Below are positions 58,401 to 64,000 of a stretch of DNA of 64,000 nucleotides, one piece after another. The notes beneath the pieces were generated by a model that searched no databases, was not told the origin of the DNA, and saw nothing but the letters and a program-made list of their open reading frames with translations. Each line of letters starts with the position of its first letter. Position 1 is the stretch's first letter. The stretch comes from Antedon mediterranea (Eukaryota > Animalia > Echinodermata), in NCBI RefSeq assembly GCF_964355755.1, contig NC_092671.1:11470001-11534000 (forward strand). The letters run 5' to 3'. The translations under genes were made by a program, and so were the position numbers.

Positions 58401-59415
58401 GCAAAACTACTCTTCACAAATAAAATAAAATAATAGTAAAACATTCTGCTGAAAAACATTATTCTAATGGATATGTTGAATATACATTTTTTTAGATGCT
58501 AGAGAGCATGGTTAAAAATCCACGGCCAACTAGAGCGGAGACCAGTGATGTAGCTAATGCAGTGTTAGATGGATGTGATTGTGTTATGTTGTCAGGAGAA
58601 ACAGCAAAAGGGAAATACCCTGTTGAAGCAGTTAAAATGATGCATGCTGTAAGTACAACATTCATTAAAATCATTATATAATTAGTATTTTACACAGAAA
58701 ATCAATACTATTTGTCAATCTAGGTAACTCATGGGTCTTTTGGTATAAAATGGTTGTTATAAATACTGTATATATCACTTATTTACTAGGTGGCTCGTGA
58801 GGCTGAAGCAGCCATGTACTATAAACAGACATATGAAGAGCGAATTCATGAGATATGCGCTCCAACTGACCCAGCGGAGACCATTGCAATAGCAGCAGTA
58901 GGTGCATCATTCAAATGTCAAGCTGGAGCCATTATCGTTCTTACTGAGACGGGAAGGTAGTGTATTTTATGTTAATTCAAGGTACAAATCTTCAAAACAA
59001 CATTCTCATGCTAATAACCTCATCCAATTATTTTAAACCTATAGAAGATATTATTTTAATCTAGAAAATATATTTTAAGCCTAATTTGATAAGACGTAAT
59101 AAAGGTAATAACTTGTATCTCAATGACAGGTCTGCGCATCTGATATCACGTTACCGGCCAGCAGCACCAGTCTTAACAGTTTGTCGCAGCAAAGTTGTTC
59201 TCCGACAGTCACATTTGTGGCGAGGGTGCTTCCCGATTTTTTATGACAAACCTGACCAGGTAGATTTTGAGAAGACTATGGATGATGAATTTGCGTTTGC
59301 GACTGAGATTGCAAAAAAACGAGGCTTCCTTTCAGATGGTTCATGTGTCATCTACATCTCTGGATGGTGCAAAGGTCAAGGCTTTACAAATACTATAAGG
59401 GTCGTTCAAATATAA
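55402..59415 (+). CDS. PK: Pyruvate kinase, 10 coding exons
   Basis: Exons ~55402-55564, 55946-56037, 56300-56419, 56616-56808, 57118-57260, 57775-57902, 58184-58334, 58496-58648, 58790-58956, 59130-59415. [62 protein letters not shown]. Confidence 0.96.
57460..57740 (+). mobile_element. Degenerate L2/CR1-type LINE ORF2 C-terminal fragment in a PK intron
   Basis: [15 protein letters not shown] / LPV....YKIA...YKCLYG.A..YL..LI.P, frameshifted. Confidence 0.55.
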
Positions 59416-60886
59416 ATGTCTTGATAGTTTTATTGTCATTTCTACTAGAGTTTTCTGGTATTTATGGGTATTGCTGATTCAGCATTATTAATTTGTTACC
59501 ATCTGGCGTTTCATACTTAATGTCTATGTAATTTATCAATAATTCTTGCATACTATTTAGAATTACTATGGTATACTGCCATTTTGGCCAGCTCAGAGGG
59601 TGTCCATATTGAAAATACTACTATGAATTCAGTAAAAAAAGTTGTTAAATATAGTGTAGGGATCTTGAACCCATGTCCAGTCTGGATCTTTTTAGGCCAT
59701 CCTGTTTTTTTATTATATTTAATAAAAGGTAAATTAATTACTGTACAGCAGTATATCAATATATATAAGCTCATGTCTGGCATAGGCCTACAGAGCTATA
59801 ATAAAAAGAATTTTTAGAGAAATCATGTTTTGGTAAATTATTGAAAATAGTAGAATGTTCACTAATCAACTTGGTACTTATCTATATTATTGTAGTTAAA
59901 ATAATGTTTTTAAACAGTATTAAAAAAAAATATCACCTTTTTTTTAGAGTACTATTATACATTCCATAAATAAGAAAATTATAATTGAAAACTGAAATAC
60001 AGTATAAACTCTAACAGGTGTATTGGACAAGATATGTACAGTACGATGTTCTTCTATGTGAATATCAATATATGACATGATAGATAGTCTGTACAGTATA
60101 TAATGTTCATTTAATGAAAATAAATAAAGTAAGGTTAAGGTTAATGATAATGACAATACTGTGTTGTTTCTACTTTTTGTTTCTCATTATTTAATCAGAA
60201 CCATTATTATAGCTCTGATCATGGACCTATTTATACTGTAGGTCCATGCTCTGATCATTATTTTAAAGTACCCCCTCTATTGCAATTATCTTTCCAGACT
60301 TTTTTCGTTATTTTGATCATCGGCCCTCCCCCCTGCTCTGGCCAGGTTGTGCATGTGTTGGGATATGTAGGGCTAGGCCTAAGCCTATATAGTTCCACAA
60401 CCAAAATAGCATATATAATCACATTTCAATAGTCCTAATCTTTTATTCGTATATAAGTTTATTAAGTGATAGTTAGGTAGGTGAGTGTTTGATGCAAAGA
60501 CAGCAGAGAGAGGCTTATTAGAGGCTTACTACTATAGCCTAAAAGCCTAGCCTTCGTTCAGTAGGCTACCTACCTAGCCGATGCTACTCTACACTCTATC
60601 ATGTTAATAGTTTTAATACTAACTAACTAGGCCTAGGATAGGCAGTACTACAAGGGTTCCCTACTACAACAGGGGGCTGGGCCTTGGCCCTAGCTCGTAC
60701 TCTCCAAGATGGGACTTGCAAGATGTCATATAAGCCTGCTGCTGCAATTAAAAATGTGCAATGCAATTTGAAATTCTTTTGCAATTTCAAATTGCGCAAA
60801 AAATCCTTGCGCAATTTCAAATTGCACATAATTATTAATAATAATGACATTATGCATCAAAATTGTTTCATTTCAGATTTGTGAAT

Positions 60887-63697
60887 ATGATAAAAAAAGC
60901 AACCATCCTAAAATCTAAGCATTTTCATTGGTTATTAGGAGCAACAGTTGGTGGCGGAGTTATTGTTACAATCTTCAATGATGACAGTATAAGTAATAAA
61001 AGAAACAAAAATTCAGCATGTATATCGTTGGTACAACATGCAACATGTGACAGCCAATTTATAGAAAAAGAAAATCTGCTCTCCTGTAGACCGCAAACGC
61101 TGAATGAAGCCATCCAGAAATCCAAAGATTTACTCACAAGAATTAAGGTTTGCCAAATAAATGTTCAGACTGTGTTGAAAATCTTCCTGAACTGGTTTCG
61201 ACTCCTGTCTACATGCCAGAAGAAATCTAAATATCTCAAATAACTTACTATATCGACAAATATTTTTTAAACACATATTTATTGTTTTCTTTTAGGATGA
61301 GACGTGTTCACCTGGAATCTCTATTTCAGTCAGTGTTGATGGAGAGACTGTATGGAGTGAAGGCAAGCTATAATTGAGTTTTTGATTTATTTTTTTACCT
61401 TTTATTTTTAGTGGATAATAAACTGTAAAGAAATACAACAAATGTGGTAAGGTATAGGCCTAAAGTCAATCTGTAAAAGAAGCCTGTGTTTAGGACTATT
61501 TAAATAATTCAAACTTCTTTTTGTGATGTCGCACACATTTTCTGTCACTGTATAAGATAGAAAATCCAAAAAAAGGTCACTTACATGAGTAATATACATT
61601 GATGAACTAATTCCATTTTTTTGAATACCGGTAGTTTCAAATTTTATTTATTTTGATTCACAGAAAGCTCACAGTAATCTTAAGTTTTGTTGGATGTGAA
61701 TTATAATAACAAAACAACATTTTATTCTAGGCATAGGATATGCAGATGTTGAAAATCGAGTAGCATGCACACCCCAGACTGTGATGAGAACGGCAAGTAT
61801 TAGTAAACCATTGGCAATGGTAGCTGTGGCTAAACTGGTTGAAGAAGACAAATTAGATTTAGATAAGCCTGTACAACACTACTTGCCAGATTATCCTGAA
61901 AAAACATGGAAAGATGAAAAGGTAAACCTGGTAGTACTAGAAGATGACCTGTAAGTAAGGACACTAGGACGATCGATGATGCATAAACATGCATTTTTCT
62001 TATAATTATAAAAAAAAAAAAATTAACATTGTTCAACCTAGAACTATAGGATAACCATCTATGCTATTTGGTGAAAACGCGTCCAAGCAAGTGACGTTAT
62101 GGTTAATAAGAGCAATAATATCATGGTCGATTTTATTGTTCTTATGGATCATGATGTAATTTGATGGGATTTTTATCAAAGATACAATAAACAGTCATCC
62201 TATAGTTCTAGAATGAAATTTTTTAAAAGATCTATTGTCAAGATTTCAAACCATGAGAATGCATTATGCATGCTGCTAGTTAGGATTGTTTACAACTCGT
62301 CACGGTTTGAGAAGGTGTTTTCACACAGATCGCAAGGAAGTTTTATGACTGCATACAGAGTAGCCAAACAAGCGCATTGCATTATGAGATATGTTTTGAT
62401 CGAAAACTTTGACTGGAAGTCAAAGTTATTTTTTGAACAAATAAATGTCTGTATTTCAGTTTAATGATTTTCTTTTCAACTAATTTTTAGTGAAAGTTAA
62501 TAACTACTGTATTATGATACTTCAAAATGACCAACTTTTTTTCGAAATATTAAAAAAAATGTTTTTGGAATCAGTCAAAGGGACAATACATCTTTAAATT
62601 TCTTTTGTTTTATATAAGAAAAATGTGTGTTTATCTATTTATCGTCGATTGTTATCGTCCTAGTGTAAAAGCAGCAAAGACTTTTGAGACCAAGGAAAAT
62701 AAATCTGTTTTTGATTTACACGATTGTACACAATTTTGAAAAAGTTTTCAACAATGTAATGTAATGTGTTAATATCCGTTTAGATAAACATATTTTCTAC
62801 TTTCTAGGTTACCATAACAACTAGACAGCTTGTATCTCATCTAGGAGGTATTCGTCACTATGACAAGAAATACATAAAAGATGAAAGCAAAGATGGTGAA
62901 GCAAAAGAAGAGAAAAAGAAGGATAAAGTGAATGAAAAGGAAAATGGAAAAAAGGATAAAAAAGAAGCAAAAGTGAAACTATCTGGAGATTCTATTTATA
63001 AGGAATTCTTTAACAAGAATGGATGTCCAACAATTGCAAAGGCCTTGGAAATATTTAAGAATGATCCATTGATTAAAAAACCAGGTATTGTAAAACTGGT
63101 TGGTAGAACCACTATTAAGTGTACGATTTAAAGCTTGGTTTCCACTTGGGTACAATGCAATGACATATGTGCAATGCAAAAGTATGTTGACCAATCATCA
63201 GCGACATTTATGGATTGGAGAAATTACGTGGGTTGCGCTTACGTCCTTGCATTGCGTCATAGTGGAAACCAAGCCTAATAACTGTACACACCGTGACTAG
63301 GGATTGGCTTTAGTTTTAAAGCGTACAATTGCTTCTCATTCATTTAGGTATATCGACTGAATAGGGTAATCCAAACGAGTGGTTACACTGTAATCATAAA
63401 AACCTATAAGATAAGAAATACTTTTTTTTTCATCTTCAAAAGTGAAAATCACTGCATGGAAAAATCAAAGAGTGTACAATATTTGTTTTAAAATAATAAG
63501 TAAATTGAAATTGATATTATTTTCCTTGTAGGTACTGAATTTTACTACACAACGAATGGGTGGACGTTAGTTAGTGCAGTAGTTGAAGCTGCATCGGGAA
63601 AAGATTTTATCAAGTACATGACTTCCATATTTGCTGATTTGGGCCTAGCATCCACCCAACCAGAGTATCATAAAACACTAATATATCATAGAGCAAG
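60887..63697 (+). CDS. LACTB: Mitochondrial serine beta-lactamase-like protein, 5' part (continues beyond window)
   Basis: Exons 60887-61147, 61296-61362 (GC donor), 61731-61921, 62808-63084, 63532-63697. GYADVENRV, ASISK (SxxK), TTRQLVSHLGGIRHY, charged insert, PGTEFYYTT. Confidence 0.92.
62032..62217. mobile_element. Small MITE in a LACTB intron
   Basis: CTAGAACTATAGGAT ... ATCCTATAGTTCTAG inverted ends. Confidence 0.6.
62240..62593. mobile_element. Partial copy of the Kolobok-like MITE at 41664-42213
   Basis: Aligns to ~41860-42213; ends GGGACAATACATCT|TTAA. Confidence 0.85.
63132..63275. mobile_element. Palindromic Harbinger-like MITE family B
   Basis: TAA|AGCTTGGTTTCCACT ... AGTGGAAACCAAGC. 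Confidence 0.75.
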
Positions 63698-64000
63698 GTA
63701 AACAGTATCCATGATTTTTTTTAATGAATATACTGTATAAAAATGCAACGTACCTTCAATAATGATAATTGTAAGGGATATTGTACTAGCATGTGAGAGG
63801 CATAGATTTCCAGATCTGTTTTTACCATATTGCTTGTATATCCTTAGTAGGTAAGGTACATGGACCATTGGCCCTGTGTGCACTTTAAAATACAGTCAAC
63901 TCTCCCAATACCGGACACCTTTGGGCCGGCCAAATAAGTCTGGTTTTCCGGAAAGTCTGGTATTCGGAATGCGTTTTTAATGGTAAAAATAAATTTGGGA

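Overview
AT-rich, intron-containing eukaryotic DNA. A marine invertebrate deuterostome (probably an echinoderm) is inferred from an ST8Sia-type sialyltransferase, Deu-domain SINEs and the repeat families. Host genes: intronless class-A GPCR (-), WDR7/rabconnectin-3beta (22 coding exons), an alpha-2,8-sialyltransferase, a two-Ig-domain membrane receptor with Tyr motifs, pyruvate kinase (10 exons) and the 5' part of LACTB. Mobile DNA is dense: an intact WRKY/GCM-like + MULE DDE transposase exon, Merlin remnants, AcademX (XPG + Cys-cluster) fragments in a large inverted duplication, a CR1/L2-type LINE, tRNA- and 5S-derived SINEs, and Kolobok-, Harbinger- and Tc1/pogo-like MITEs, one of which seeded a 3x17-bp higher-order satellite. 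Most striking is a composite Merlin element (6856-12481): left TIR, transposase remnant, right TIR, 2.1 kb carrying a complete intact GPCR gene, then a second copy of the right end. The 8-bp target-site duplication GAATAAAG flanks only the outermost ends, so this looks like a DNA transposon that moved a whole receptor gene as cargo. All alignments and exon boundaries were read by eye; no searches were run.
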